Below, in pieces: positions 1 to 9,826 of a DNA stretch of 64,000 nucleotides. Position 1 is the first letter of the stretch; the number at the start of each line of letters is the position of its first letter. Below the pieces are notes generated by a model that was not told the origin of the DNA, did no database searches, and was given only the letters and a program-made list of their open reading frames with translations. The stretch covers positions 1,760,105 to 1,824,104 of the forward strand of contig CAVOVB010000001.1 of assembly GCA_963699755.1 (NCBI GenBank). Reading direction: 5' to 3'. Origin of the DNA: an uncultured delta proteobacterium (GTDB lineage Bacteria > Myxococcota_A > Polyangia > Polyangiales > Houyiibacteriaceae). Both the position numbers and the translations under genes were made by a program.

Positions 1-425
1 AGGCTCTCGACTGAATCGACCCAATCACCGAGCGGGAACTCGGGCGAGACACGAAGCTCGACCCGGCCCAGCGCAGGATTGATCGACATGAGGCCGGTCT
101 GTGTGCCCCCCTGTCGTCGGAAGAGCTCTTCGATCAGCCAAACGCACGCCGCGCAGTGAATTCCTTGGATGTCGAGCTCCACGCGCGTGACCCCGGGCTC
201 CGTCGCGCGCGCCTCCTCGATCAGCTCCAGCCACTTGTGATCGATCCGGCGAGATTCGAGATCTGCAGGAGGAAGGCCCGGTCCACGGCGCAGGTCGTAG
301 TATCGCGTGAGGCCCGCCTTGGTGAGGATTCCGTGGACGGCGCGGCAGCCACGACAGCAGTACGGAGCGAAGGTGTCGCTCGCCATCGGCTGCGCGCAGT
401 GGATGCAGCGCGGCACCGACGGCAT
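1..425 (-). CDS. heavy-metal (copper-type) P1B ATPase, N-terminal fragment running off the window edge
   Basis: Absent from the ORF track because there is no stop in the window. The reverse-strand ATG at 425 reads MPSVPRCIHCAQPMASDTFAPYCCRGCRAVHGIL..., followed by an HMA-like GIHCAACVWLIEE motif. This N-terminus is typical of CcoI/FixI-like ATPases. It lies 44 nt downstream of the preceding gene. Confidence 0.7.
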   Translation of the reverse strand, partial: MPSVPRCIHCAQPMASDTFAPYCCRGCRAVHGILTKAGLTRYYDLRRGPGLPPADLESRRIDHKWLELIEEARATEPGVTRVELDIQGIHCAACVWLIEELFRRQGGTQTGLMSINPALGRVELRVSPEFPLGDWVDSVES

Positions 426-469
426 CGACCGCCCGAGGGGAATTTCGCAATCCACTGGCTCCGGGGCAG

Positions 470-1198
470 TCACGGTGCGTGGGAATGCGGATGATGCGCG
501 TCGAGGCCGACTTCGTCCGCTCCCGGCGCATGACAGGAAGAGCTATCGCCCGTGCGCAAGGCGTGCACGGGACGAATCACGAACAGGATCGAACCGAGCG
601 CGAGGACGACGGCGAGGACGCGCGATGTCGTTGGACGCGGGCGTCGCGCGAATCTCTCGAAAAGCCAGGCCGCGCCCACCAGGCCCACGCCGCTCACCAC
701 CGCGAATGCAAGCATACTGAGCGAGCCGAGCGCGGTGGACCCGGTCGATGCAGCGATCAAGACCGCCGCCGCCAACGCCCCGCACGGAAGGAGCGCCGTG
801 CCGAGACCGACGAAAAAAGGATGGCGTCCGAGGCCTTCAAGCGCTCGGGCGACCAAAGTCGGCGCCTGCGCGTCTTGCTTTGTGCGTAGCGTGACCAAGG
901 GCTGGTTGGGCCTGCGCCAAAGGCGAAGCGCCGCCAAGCCGAGCCCGAGCGCCAACGACCAGCTCAAAAGCGCGCTGCCCCATGCATGAGGAAGGCTAAC
1001 CGCCGTCGCGCCCCCGATGGTGCCGGCCACTGCGCCCAGCAGCGAGTAGCTGAGGAAGCGGCCGAGCTGGTAGCGGGCTTGCCCGGACGCTCCTGGCTTC
1101 CCACTGCACGCGTATGCAGCCAGGGGCCCGCACATCGCCGTGCAATGCGGAACCGATGCGAGGCCTGCGGCGGCCCCGGCAATTACCGCCGTCCACAT
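470..1198 (-). CDS. polytopic membrane protein, DsbD_2 / TauE-SafE-like family
   Basis: 242-aa hydrophobic ORF with VPHCTAMCGPL and LLPCGAL motifs typical of the DsbD_2 transmembrane family. That family often precedes P1B ATPases. Confidence 0.6.
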   Translation of the reverse strand: MWTAVIAGAAAGLASVPHCTAMCGPLAAYACSGKPGASGQARYQLGRFLSYSLLGAVAGTIGGATAVSLPHAWGSALLSWSLALGLGLAALRLWRRPNQPLVTLRTKQDAQAPTLVARALEGLGRHPFFVGLGTALLPCGALAAAVLIAASTGSTALGSLSMLAFAVVSGVGLVGAAWLFERFARRPRPTTSRVLAVVLALGSILFVIRPVHALRTGDSSSCHAPGADEVGLDAHHPHSHAP

Positions 1199-1359
1199 AC
1201 GCTCGCTCTAGGGTCGATCCTTGAAGGGGTCACGCTACAACTCGCCTGTCGCCATGCGGGGGTCACTTATAGCCGAATCCGCGGATATTGCGCGCCGTTC
1301 GTTCGGGCACCGAGGAAATACGATGGATCGTGGGTCAGCGGGTGCTATCCCCATGACCG

Positions 1360-2211
1360 ATGGGCTCCGCACAACGCAAGATGGTCCCAAGAGAGCACGG
1401 CGCCTACGCGGAGCTGCTGTTCCCGATCGTCTCCGTTCTTCTGGGTGGAGCCCCCACGACCTCGACCTGGCTCCTCGCGATTGGCGCGATTGGTGCGTTC
1501 CTCGCAAACGAGCCTCTCCTGGTCCTGTTCGGGCAGCGGGGCACCCGCATGCAGCGCGAAGAGAGCGACCGCGCCAAACGGGCCTTACTGATTTTCTCGC
1601 TGCTGGCGCTCGGCGCGGGCATCACGGGACTCGTGCTCGCGTCGACACAGGTCCAATACGCCATCCTCGTGCCTCTCTTGCTTGGTGTCACCCTCGTGCT
1701 TCTGGCCATCCAGGGGCTCGAGCGCAGCATGTTTGGAGAAGCCTTGGCAGCGGTCACGCTTTCCTCGATTGCGATACCCCTGGGCCTTTCCGCGGGCTTG
1801 GGGCGCACCGCGACGATCTCCGTTGCGCTGCTCTGGCTCACGGCCTCCCTGTTGGGGACCGCCGCGGTGCGGCTGACCGTCGCACGCACAAAGGCCAAGA
1901 CCGACGAAGACCGTCGGCGCGTGGCTTTCAAGCGGTTCGTCCTGATTTTGGTCTGCGCTGTGGCCATCGTCGTTGGGGTGATGGGGCTCAGCGGGACCCG
2001 GGCTGGGCTCTCGATTCTCGCGGCGGCGATGCCCGTGGCGCTCGTCGTCCTAGTGGTGGCTGCCCTTCGGCCGACCGCTCGCCGGCTTCGTCTCATGGGC
2101 TGGAGCCTCGTCGCCGCAAATCTTTGTTCGTTGATAGCGGTGGTCACCACGCTAAAGATCCTTCAGGATTTCAATGCGGTCGAACCGACCCTACCGTTCC
2201 CCATGTTCTAG
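1360..2211 (+). CDS. YwiC-like membrane protein
   Basis: 283-aa polytopic ORF with an N-terminal PREHGAYAELLFPIV motif resembling the YwiC-like family. The start could instead be the internal Met at 1381. Confidence 0.5.
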   Translation: MGSAQRKMVPREHGAYAELLFPIVSVLLGGAPTTSTWLLAIGAIGAFLANEPLLVLFGQRGTRMQREESDRAKRALLIFSLLALGAGITGLVLASTQVQYAILVPLLLGVTLVLLAIQGLERSMFGEALAAVTLSSIAIPLGLSAGLGRTATISVALLWLTASLLGTAAVRLTVARTKAKTDEDRRRVAFKRFVLILVCAVAIVVGVMGLSGTRAGLSILAAAMPVALVVLVVAALRPTARRLRLMGWSLVAANLCSLIAVVTTLKILQDFNAVEPTLPFPMF

Positions 2212-2244
2212 CTCGGTCGCGGACGACCCTGAGAGGAGAAGCTT

Positions 2245-2661
2245 GTGCTCGTAAAAGACATCATGACCGAAAACCCCGCGACGGCGACGGAGCTCATGTC
2301 GGTCGCCGAAGCGCTGGGGTTGCTCTATGAGCTCGATGTCCGGCACCTTCCGGTGGTCCGGGGGCGCGAGCTCGTCGGCATCATCAGCGACCGGGACCTT
2401 CGAAGTTTTTCTGGCGCCCCGGACGACGAAGCGATGGAGGCTGTCGAGGGCGCGCGTTCGGCGAACGTCGGCAACTTCATGAACACCAGCACCGTCAAGG
2501 TCGATCCCGAGACCAACGTTCGTGAAGTGTTGGAGCTGATGCTCTTACATCGCGTGGGCGCGATTCCGGTGGCCGATCTCGACACTGGCGACCTGCTCGG
2601 AATCGTGAGCTACATCGACCTGTTGCGTGTGCTCCAGGAGACCTTGGACCCCGGCGCGTGA
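2245..2661 (+). CDS. CBS-pair domain protein
   Basis: 138-aa ORF with two CBS repeats: VKDIMTENPATA...HLPVV..LVGIISDRDL and VGNFMNT...VGAIPVAD..LLGIVSYIDLL. Confidence 0.8.
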   Translation: MLVKDIMTENPATATELMSVAEALGLLYELDVRHLPVVRGRELVGIISDRDLRSFSGAPDDEAMEAVEGARSANVGNFMNTSTVKVDPETNVREVLELMLLHRVGAIPVADLDTGDLLGIVSYIDLLRVLQETLDPGA

Positions 2662-2674
2662 AGCTTAGCCCCCG

Positions 2675-3196
2675 CTAGTTCAGAGATGGGTCGTTCACTG
2701 GCCGAAAGGTGACTGCATAGTCGCCGGCGCATCGACCTTGAACAGACAAAGTCCCGGTCATCGTTTGCTCAGCCGGGGAGACCGTGAGGACGTTGCCTTC
2801 CGCTTGGATGCCCACCTCTTCGGCGGAGTCGTCCTCGTAGCAGAAGCCCTGCTCGTCCCTCACCGGCAACCACCAGCCACCACGAAGATAGAGCTGGTTG
2901 TCGCAGAGACGGCCCTCCAAACGATACTCCTCGTCGACGACGATACTCACCTCGTTGCCATTCTGGCTGAACGCCCAATTCAGGGCGCAGGCCTCGAACT
3001 CGTCGTTGGGCATCGCATCGGCGCAACCCGCTGTACGAATTGTGACCGTGCCTTGGTCGAACCAGAGCGTGCCATTCAAGTCGGCGACGGGAGCTTCGTC
3101 ACACGCTGGCAACACTCCCGTTCCCGGGATGAAATAGATCTCCTCTTTGCAGCTCCCCAATGCAACAAGAACGCAGAGGCAAACGAAGAAACGCAT
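2675..3196 (-). CDS. hypothetical lipoprotein
   Basis: 173-aa ORF. N-terminus MRFFVCLCVLVALGSC has a signal peptide and a lipobox-like LGSC. Cys-rich and acidic, with no recognisable family. Confidence 0.5.
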   Translation of the reverse strand: MRFFVCLCVLVALGSCKEEIYFIPGTGVLPACDEAPVADLNGTLWFDQGTVTIRTAGCADAMPNDEFEACALNWAFSQNGNEVSIVVDEEYRLEGRLCDNQLYLRGGWWLPVRDEQGFCYEDDSAEEVGIQAEGNVLTVSPAEQTMTGTLSVQGRCAGDYAVTFRPVNDPSLN

Positions 3197-3309
3197 GACC
3201 CCTTCTTACCATGATTGCGGAGCGCACACAGCTGCCCAAGAGACGCATGTTTTGCGCCTCGTTTCGCACTTCACGCACCGGGATTCTGGGCTAGACTCCG
3301 CCCACTCGA

Positions 3310-4659
3310 ATGCACGTTCGCATCCGCAGAGGCCTAAACATCCCCATTTTGGGAACACCCGAGCAACGCATCGAAGATGCAAACGCGGTCGGCTGGGTTG
3401 CGTTGGTCGCCATGGACTTCGTCGGCCTGCAGCCTCGACTAAAGGTGGATGTCGGTGACCGCGTCCGCCTTGGGCAACCCTTGCTCATCGACAAGAACAA
3501 CCCGGAAGTGATGTTCACCTCGCCCGGCTGCGGGGAAATCGTTGCGATCCATCGCGGAGCTCGGAGGTCACTTCAATCGGTCGTCGTTCGCTTGGAAGGC
3601 GACGAAGCAGAGGTTTTCCCCTCGCATGAGCGCTCCATGCTCAGCCAGATCGATCGCAACGCGGTGCGAGCAGTCCTGCAGTCGTCCGGCCTCTGGACCG
3701 CGTTGCGCACGCGGCCGTTTGGAAAGGTTCCCAGCGCGCACGCGTCACCGCATTCGATCTTCGTCACGGCCGTCGACACGAACCCGCTCGCCGGCGACCC
3801 ACGTCTGGTCATCGCAGAGCGCGCTCAGGAGTTTCACGATGGCGTGGCCGTGCTCAGCCGGCTCACCGACGGCAAGGTCCACGTTTGTCACGCGCCAGGG
3901 CACGGCTTCGAGCTTCCGAACCTCGAATCGGTGAGCTTGGCGACGTTCGAGGGCCCGCACCCCGCCGGCCTGCCCGGGACCCATATCCATTTCCTCGATC
4001 CCGTGAGCGAGAACAAGAGCGTTTGGTACCTCGGCTACCAAGACGTGATCGCGATTGGCTCGCTATTCACCACGGGCCGACTCCGCACCGAGCGCGTGAT
4101 CGCGTTGGGGGGGCCTTTGGTGAAGAGGCCACGTCTGCTGCGCACACGCATGGGCGCAAGCACCGAGGATCTCTTGAACGGAGAGATCGACGCGGGCGAA
4201 TGCCGCGTGATCTCGGGTTCGATTCTGGGTGGACGACGAGCAGCGGGGCACGCACGGTATCTCGGCCCGTATGACGTGCAGCTGAGCGTGCTCGCTGAGG
4301 ACCGAACCCGTCGCTTCCTCGGCTGGATCGCGCCCGGTTCCGATCGATACTCCGCGATCCGCGCCTTCGTCGCCTCGCTGCGTCCTCAGCGCTACCGCTT
4401 TCCGCTCAGCACCAGTCAGAACGGCAGCCCCCGTGCGATGATTCCCATTGGCAACTTCGAGAAAGTCATGCCGCTCGATATTCTGCCCGCGCCGTTGTTG
4501 AAGGCGCTCATCGTCGAAGATACGGAAACCGCCAAAGCGCTCGGCTGCCTCGAGCTCGAAGAAGAAGACCTCGCGCTCTGCTCGTTCGTCTGCTGCAGCA
4601 AGTACGAGTACGGCGAGTTTCTTCGAGCAAACCTAAACCTGATCGAGAAGAACGGCTGA
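3310..4659 (+). CDS. nqrA: Na+-translocating NADH:quinone oxidoreductase subunit A
   Basis: 449 aa. N-terminus MHVRIRRGLNIPILGTPEQ is NqrA-like. First of six abutting or overlapping co-directional nqr genes. Confidence 0.93.
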   Translation: MHVRIRRGLNIPILGTPEQRIEDANAVGWVALVAMDFVGLQPRLKVDVGDRVRLGQPLLIDKNNPEVMFTSPGCGEIVAIHRGARRSLQSVVVRLEGDEAEVFPSHERSMLSQIDRNAVRAVLQSSGLWTALRTRPFGKVPSAHASPHSIFVTAVDTNPLAGDPRLVIAERAQEFHDGVAVLSRLTDGKVHVCHAPGHGFELPNLESVSLATFEGPHPAGLPGTHIHFLDPVSENKSVWYLGYQDVIAIGSLFTTGRLRTERVIALGGPLVKRPRLLRTRMGASTEDLLNGEIDAGECRVISGSILGGRRAAGHARYLGPYDVQLSVLAEDRTRRFLGWIAPGSDRYSAIRAFVASLRPQRYRFPLSTSQNGSPRAMIPIGNFEKVMPLDILPAPLLKALIVEDTETAKALGCLELEEEDLALCSFVCCSKYEYGEFLRANLNLIEKNG

Positions 4660-5873
4660 TGCGCCCACTGCGAAAGCTCCTCGACAAAGTCGAGCCCCAC
4701 TTTGAAAAGGGCGGGCGCCTCGAGAGCTTTCAGGCGATCTACGAGATGCTCGACACACTCTTCTACTCGCCTCCGGACGTGTCGCGCCATGCACCGCACG
4801 TGCGCGACGCGATCGATCTCAAGCGTGTCATGGGCCTGGTCGTCGTCGGGGTTTTGCCCTGCGCGCTTTTCGGCATGTGGAACACGGGCCACCAGGCCAA
4901 CCTCGCGATCGAGCAGCTCGGCTTGCCCGCGCCGAGCGACTGGCGAGGCGCTCTGATGGCCGCGATCGGAATCGGACACGACCCGCAGAGCGTCAGCGCC
5001 GCGACCTTCTATGGGCTGCTCTACTTCGTTCCGATCTACGCCGTCACCTTGGCGGCGGGCGGCGTATGGGAAGTCCTTTTCGCCGGCATTCGCAACCACG
5101 AGGTCAACGAAGGGTTTTTCGTGACTTCGATTCTCTACGCCCTGACCCTGCCCGCTACGACTCCCCTGTGGCAGGTGGCCATTGGAATTTCGTTTGGCGT
5201 CGTCATGGCGAAGGAGGTCTTTGGCGGGACGGGCAAGAACTTCATGAACCCTGCGCTCGCCGGCCGGGCGTTCCTCTACTTCGCGTACCCCGTCGAGATG
5301 TCCGGCGAGTCGGTCTGGACACCCCCGATCGACGTGATCACCGGCGCGACGCCACTCGCAATCGGCGCCGAGAGCGGCATCGCAGGCATCGTCGATCAGG
5401 GCGTCACGTGGATGGATGCGTTTGTCGGAAGCATCCAGGGCTCGCTTGGCGAGACTTCAGCCCTCGCGTGCCTCCTCGGCGGCGTCTTCATCGTGTACAC
5501 CGGGGTGGCCTCATGGCGGATCATCGCGGGAGTCATGTTGGGCATGTTTGCCACGGCCATGCTCTTCAACGCGGTCGGCTCCGACTCGAATCCGATGTTC
5601 GCCATGCCCTGGTACTGGCATCTCGTCCTCGGCGGCTTCGCGTTCGGAATGGTGTTCATGGCGACCGACCCGGTCAGCGCCTGCGTCACCAACCCCGGCC
5701 GCTGGGTCTTCGGGGTTCTGATCGGAGCGATCACCGTCGTCATTCGCGTGGTCAACATCGCGTTCCCGGAGGGAATCATGCTTGCGATCCTCTTCGCCAA
5801 CGTCTTTGCGCCCACCATCGACCACTTCGTCGTGCGGGCCAACGTCACCAGGAGGTTGCGCCGAAGTGCCTGA
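4659..5873 (+). CDS. nqrB: Na+-NQR subunit B
   Basis: 404-aa polytopic ORF with GKNFMNPALAGRAF and the FMN-attachment-like ITGATPL motif. The start overlaps the nqrA stop by 1 nt. Confidence 0.93.
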   Translation: MRPLRKLLDKVEPHFEKGGRLESFQAIYEMLDTLFYSPPDVSRHAPHVRDAIDLKRVMGLVVVGVLPCALFGMWNTGHQANLAIEQLGLPAPSDWRGALMAAIGIGHDPQSVSAATFYGLLYFVPIYAVTLAAGGVWEVLFAGIRNHEVNEGFFVTSILYALTLPATTPLWQVAIGISFGVVMAKEVFGGTGKNFMNPALAGRAFLYFAYPVEMSGESVWTPPIDVITGATPLAIGAESGIAGIVDQGVTWMDAFVGSIQGSLGETSALACLLGGVFIVYTGVASWRIIAGVMLGMFATAMLFNAVGSDSNPMFAMPWYWHLVLGGFAFGMVFMATDPVSACVTNPGRWVFGVLIGAITVVIRVVNIAFPEGIMLAILFANVFAPTIDHFVVRANVTRRLRRSA

Positions 5874-6666
5874 TCCTTCCCAAGCATCCGGCGCCAAGAC
5901 GGACACGGTCGCTCGGACCCTGCTCGTCGCGCTTTTCGTCAGCCTGCTTTGCTCGTCTCTGGTGGCCTCGGCCGCCATCCTGCTCAAGCCGCGACAGGTC
6001 GAGAACGCGATGGTCGAGATGCGACGAAACATCCTCGAGGTGGCAGGGCTCTGGGCTCCGGAGGCCGAGGTCGACGAGCTTTTCGAGAGCATCGAGCCAC
6101 GTGTCATCGACCTCGAAACCGGCGCCTACGCCGACGACATCATTGCGAACGACTACGATCCGGTGGAGGCCGCAAAGGATCCCGCCCAGAGCGTCGAGAT
6201 CCCCAGCGAGTTCGACGTGGCCAAGGTGGGGCGCCGCGCCAAGCATGCGCTTGTGTATCTCGTTCGCCGCGACGGCGAGATCAGCAGGATCATCCTCCCG
6301 ATTTCGGGCTACGGGCTCTGGTCGACTCTCTATGGCTTTCTCGCTCTCGAGGCCGATGGCAACACCGTTTCGGACATCGCGTTTTATGCGCATGGAGAGA
6401 CCCCGGGCCTTGGCGACTTCATCGTCAAGCCCGCGTGGCGTGAGCTCTGGCACGGCAAGCGGGCGTTCGATGATTCCGGTGCGCTCGCGCTTCGTGTCGT
6501 CAAGGGGCGCGTCTCTGCCGACGACCCGCTCGCCGACTACCACGTCGATGGGGTCTCCGGCGCGACGCTCACGGGGAACGGCGTCTCGAACATCATCAAG
6601 TACTGGCTCGGCGATCACGGCTATGGACCATTCCTCGAGCAGATCCAGGCAGGAGAAAGCCCATGA
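5866..6666 (+). CDS. nqrC: Na+-NQR subunit C
   Basis: The track ORF begins at 5782 inside nqrB. The in-frame GTG at 5866 gives an NqrC-like N-terminus ([27 protein letters not shown]). FMN-attachment motif [11 protein letters not shown] is present. Confidence 0.88.
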   Translation: MPDPSQASGAKTDTVARTLLVALFVSLLCSSLVASAAILLKPRQVENAMVEMRRNILEVAGLWAPEAEVDELFESIEPRVIDLETGAYADDIIANDYDPVEAAKDPAQSVEIPSEFDVAKVGRRAKHALVYLVRRDGEISRIILPISGYGLWSTLYGFLALEADGNTVSDIAFYAHGETPGLGDFIVKPAWRELWHGKRAFDDSGALALRVVKGRVSADDPLADYHVDGVSGATLTGNGVSNIIKYWLGDHGYGPFLEQIQAGESP

Positions 6667-7325
6667 GCACCGCAACCAAGCGCGCTCTTCTGAAACCCAT
6701 CATTGATGACAACCCCGTCACCTTGCACGTGCTCGGCATCTGCTCGGCGCTCGCCGTGACCACGTCGCTCCTGCCGTCCCTCTACATGTGCGTTGCCCTC
6801 ACGGTGGTTGCCGCCTTGTCGAACGCGGCGGTCAGTGCGATTCGCCACATTCTTCCGAGCAGCATCCGCATCATCGTGCAGATGACGATCATCGCATCGC
6901 TGGTGATCGTCGTCGACGAGTCCTTGAAGGCGTTTGCGTTCGAGACGAGCCGGGAGCTTTCGGTCTTCGTGGGCCTGATCATCACGAACTGCATCGTCCT
7001 CGGCCGTACCGAGAGCTTCGCTTCGAAGAACCCGGTCGGCTTGAGCTTCCTCGACGGCATCGGGAACGGCCTCGGCTACAGCACGATTCTGATCCTCGTG
7101 GCGACGAGCCGCGAGCTCCTCGGCGCGGGGACGCTTCTCGGCTACACGATCTTCCCGAACGCGGCCGATGGCGGCTGGTACAAGCCCAACGGCATGATGC
7201 TCCTGCCTCCGAGCGCGTTCTTCGTGATCGGCCTGATCATCTGGGCTGTCCGGACTTGGAAGGCCGAGCAGGTCGAGAAGCCCGAGTTCCGGATTCACGA
7301 AGTGCATCGAACGGAGGCCTTGTGA
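6663..7325 (+). CDS. nqrD: Na+-NQR subunit D
   Basis: 220-aa polytopic ORF, NqrD/RnfE-like ([18 protein letters not shown]). Overlaps the nqrC stop. Confidence 0.93.
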   Translation: MSTATKRALLKPIIDDNPVTLHVLGICSALAVTTSLLPSLYMCVALTVVAALSNAAVSAIRHILPSSIRIIVQMTIIASLVIVVDESLKAFAFETSRELSVFVGLIITNCIVLGRTESFASKNPVGLSFLDGIGNGLGYSTILILVATSRELLGAGTLLGYTIFPNAADGGWYKPNGMMLLPPSAFFVIGLIIWAVRTWKAEQVEKPEFRIHEVHRTEAL

Positions 7326-7933
7326 TGGTCAGCTACGTCGAACTATTCATCAAGGCCGTCTTCGTCGAGAACCTCGCGCTTTCGTTCTTCCTCGGAATGT
7401 GCACGTTCCTCGCGGTCTCCAAGCGGATCGAAACCGCGTTCGGCCTCGGGGCGGCGGTGGTCGGGGTGCAGCTCATCACCGTTCCGGCAAACACGTTCCT
7501 TTACAACTATGTCCTCAAAGAGGGCGCGCTCGCATGGGCGGGGCTCCCGGACATCGACCTGAGCTTCCTCGGCCTGGTCACCTATATCGGCGTCATCGCC
7601 GCGATGGTGCAAATCCTCGAGATGGTGCTCGACAAGTATTTTCCGAGGCTCTTCCATGCGCTCGGCATCTACCTGCCTTTGATCACGGTGAACTGCGCGA
7701 TCCTCGGCGGCAGCCTGTTTTCAGTGAGTCGTGACTACACGATGGGCGAGAGCGTCGTGTACGGAGTTGGGAGCGGATTTGGCTGGGCCTTGGCTCTGGT
7801 CGCGCTTGCGGGCATTCGGGAAAAGCTCAAGTACAGCGACGTGCCCGCGGGCCTCCAAGGCCTCGGGATCACCTTCATCATCGTCGGTCTGATGTCTTTG
7901 GGCTTCATGGCCTTTGCAGGGATTCAACTCTAG
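7325..7933 (+). CDS. nqrE: Na+-NQR subunit E
   Basis: The internal ATG at 7325 of track ORF 6788..7933 gives [33 protein letters not shown] (NqrE/RnfA-like, 202 aa). TGATG overlap with nqrD. Confidence 0.92.
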   Translation: MVSYVELFIKAVFVENLALSFFLGMCTFLAVSKRIETAFGLGAAVVGVQLITVPANTFLYNYVLKEGALAWAGLPDIDLSFLGLVTYIGVIAAMVQILEMVLDKYFPRLFHALGIYLPLITVNCAILGGSLFSVSRDYTMGESVVYGVGSGFGWALALVALAGIREKLKYSDVPAGLQGLGITFIIVGLMSLGFMAFAGIQL

Positions 7934-7945
7934 GAGGACAGGAGC

Positions 7946-9172
7946 GTGGCACTGCAAATCGTTCTGGCCGTCGCCGTCTTCACGGGCATCGTCGTCTCTC
8001 TGTCGGCGCTGATTTTAGCCGCGCGCTCGAAGCTCGTCGAAACCGGCGGCGTCCACATGCTGGTCAACGGCGACAAGGACTTCGAGGTATCCGCGGGCGC
8101 AAAGCTCTTGGTTGCCTTGGCGAAGACCGGCCTCTACCTGCCCGCAGGCTGCGGCGGCAAAGGGACTTGCGGTCAGTGCAGGGTGAAGGTTCTCCATGGG
8201 GGAGGTCCGTTGCTTCCCACCGAAGAGTCGATGGTCTCACGCAATGAGGCGTCGCAGCACGTCCGGCTCGCCTGTCAGGTTTCGGTTCGAGAAGACATCC
8301 GCGTGGAAATCCCCGAGGAGGTCTTTGGTGTTCGGAAGTGGGAGTGCGAAGTGCGATCGACCCACGGCCTCAGCACCTTCATCAAAGAGATTTGCCTGGA
8401 GCTTCCGGCCGGCGAAGAGGTGCCGTTTCGGGCGGGCGGCTACATCCAGGTCGAGTGCCCGCCGTACGAGGCGAAGTTCTCCGATTTCGACATCGAGGGG
8501 GCGTACCGTGACACCTGGGATGAGTATAAGCTCTGGCGGTTCGAAGCGGGCTGCAAGGCCGAGACAACCCGCGCCTACTCGATGGCCAACTACCCGGAGG
8601 AAACCGGAATTATCCTCCTCAACATCGGCATCGCCCTGCCACCGCCGGGCGCGGGGCCGAATGTGCGGCCGGGCATCGTCTCGTCTTATCTGTTCAGCCT
8701 GAAGCCTGGAGACAAAGTCACGATCGCCGGACCCTACGGAGAGTTCTTCGCGAGGGAAACCGAAAACGAGATGGTGTTCATTGGGGGAGGCACGGGCATG
8801 GCGCCACTTCGGTCGCACATCTTCGATCAGCTCAAGCGCCTCAACACCCAGCGCAAGATTTCGTTCTGGTTCGGCGTTCGAAGCAAGCGCGACCTTTTCT
8901 ATCACGAAGCGTTCCAGCGCCTGGCCGACGAGCACCCAAACTTCACCTACGTGGCGGCTCTTTCGGAGCCGAGAGACGACGACGGCTGGGAGGGCCCGAC
9001 AGGCTTCATTCACCAGGTGGCGTACGACATGCACCTTCGTGATCACAAAGCCCCCGAGGACTGCGAATATTACATGTGCGGTCCACCCTTGATGATCTCT
9101 GCGGTTCAAGCGATGCTCAGGGATCTCGGTGTTCCCGAGGAAAGCGTCATGTTCGACGATTTTGGGAGTTGA
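7946..9172 (+). CDS. nqrF: Na+-NQR subunit F
   Basis: 408 aa with an N-terminal TM helix, a 2Fe-2S motif CGGKGTCGQC and an FAD/NAD(H) module (RAYSMANYP, GGGTGMAP). Confidence 0.93.
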   Translation: MALQIVLAVAVFTGIVVSLSALILAARSKLVETGGVHMLVNGDKDFEVSAGAKLLVALAKTGLYLPAGCGGKGTCGQCRVKVLHGGGPLLPTEESMVSRNEASQHVRLACQVSVREDIRVEIPEEVFGVRKWECEVRSTHGLSTFIKEICLELPAGEEVPFRAGGYIQVECPPYEAKFSDFDIEGAYRDTWDEYKLWRFEAGCKAETTRAYSMANYPEETGIILLNIGIALPPPGAGPNVRPGIVSSYLFSLKPGDKVTIAGPYGEFFARETENEMVFIGGGTGMAPLRSHIFDQLKRLNTQRKISFWFGVRSKRDLFYHEAFQRLADEHPNFTYVAALSEPRDDDGWEGPTGFIHQVAYDMHLRDHKAPEDCEYYMCGPPLMISAVQAMLRDLGVPEESVMFDDFGS

Positions 9173-9176
9173 AGGG

Positions 9177-9359
9177 ATGACCTATGTGCTCAGCTTCTTC
9201 GTGTTCGCGCTGGCCCTGAGCGGCTTGAGCGCCGGGCTGCTCCTCGGCAGGGGCGGGATTCGCGGCACATGTGGCGGGCTCAACAACCCCGACGGAACGG
9301 GATGCGGGGCCTGCGGCCGAGCTGCAAGCGGTGACTGTCCGAGGAAACGAGACGCATGA
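9177..9359 (+). CDS. nqrM: (Na+)-NQR maturation protein NqrM
   Basis: The internal ATG at 9177 of track ORF 9129..9359 gives a 60-aa protein with one TM helix and then GTCGGLNNPDGTGCGACG. Position directly after nqrF and the Cys pattern match the NqrM/DUF539 family. Confidence 0.75.
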   Translation: MTYVLSFFVFALALSGLSAGLLLGRGGIRGTCGGLNNPDGTGCGACGRAASGDCPRKRDA

Positions 9360-9775
9360 GCCCGGTCAAAGAAATGCGGGTCCGTGACATCATGGTCAAA
9401 AAGCCCGTGGTCTTCACGAGCGACACCGATCTGCTCGACGCGGTTTCCATCTTGGTCGACAGGCGTATTACAGGAGCCCCTGTGGTCGACGCGCGCGGAA
9501 ACCTCATCGGCCTTCTCACCGAGCGTGACTTCTTGAGAGCCGCCCTGGTCGCCGGATATCACGGGGAGCGTGGAGGATGCGTCGGGGACTACATGTCTCG
9601 CGACGTCGAAGCCGTGAACGCGGACGACAGCCTACTCGACATCGCCACGCGCTTCGTCGAAACGAAACGCAGGCGGTACCCGGTCATCGAAGACAACCGG
9701 GTCGTCGGCGTGGTCGTGAGAAGAGACGTGCTGCGTGCCGTGATCCGCGCCTTTGATCTGCCTCCGTCGCGGTGA
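9356..9775 (+). CDS. CBS-pair domain protein
   Basis: 139 aa with VRDIMVKKPVV...ITGAPVVD..LIGLLTERDFL and VGDYMSRDV...RRYPVIED..VVGVVVRRDVL. ATGA overlap with the nqrM stop. Confidence 0.8.
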   Translation: MSPVKEMRVRDIMVKKPVVFTSDTDLLDAVSILVDRRITGAPVVDARGNLIGLLTERDFLRAALVAGYHGERGGCVGDYMSRDVEAVNADDSLLDIATRFVETKRRRYPVIEDNRVVGVVVRRDVLRAVIRAFDLPPSR

Positions 9776-9826
9776 ACAAATACGTATTGAAGGTGGTGTA
9801 AGACCCTGCCACAGTGCCTCCCGCCA

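Noticed and set aside
4877-6706. 609-aa plus-strand ORF across nqrB/nqrC, and similar long off-frame ORFs (8237..9109, 31199..32359, 34353..35342, 60345..61556)
   Set aside because: They are alternative frames or antisense to genes with clear family signatures, and their composition (R/G/P-rich) is typical of non-coding frames in high-GC DNA.
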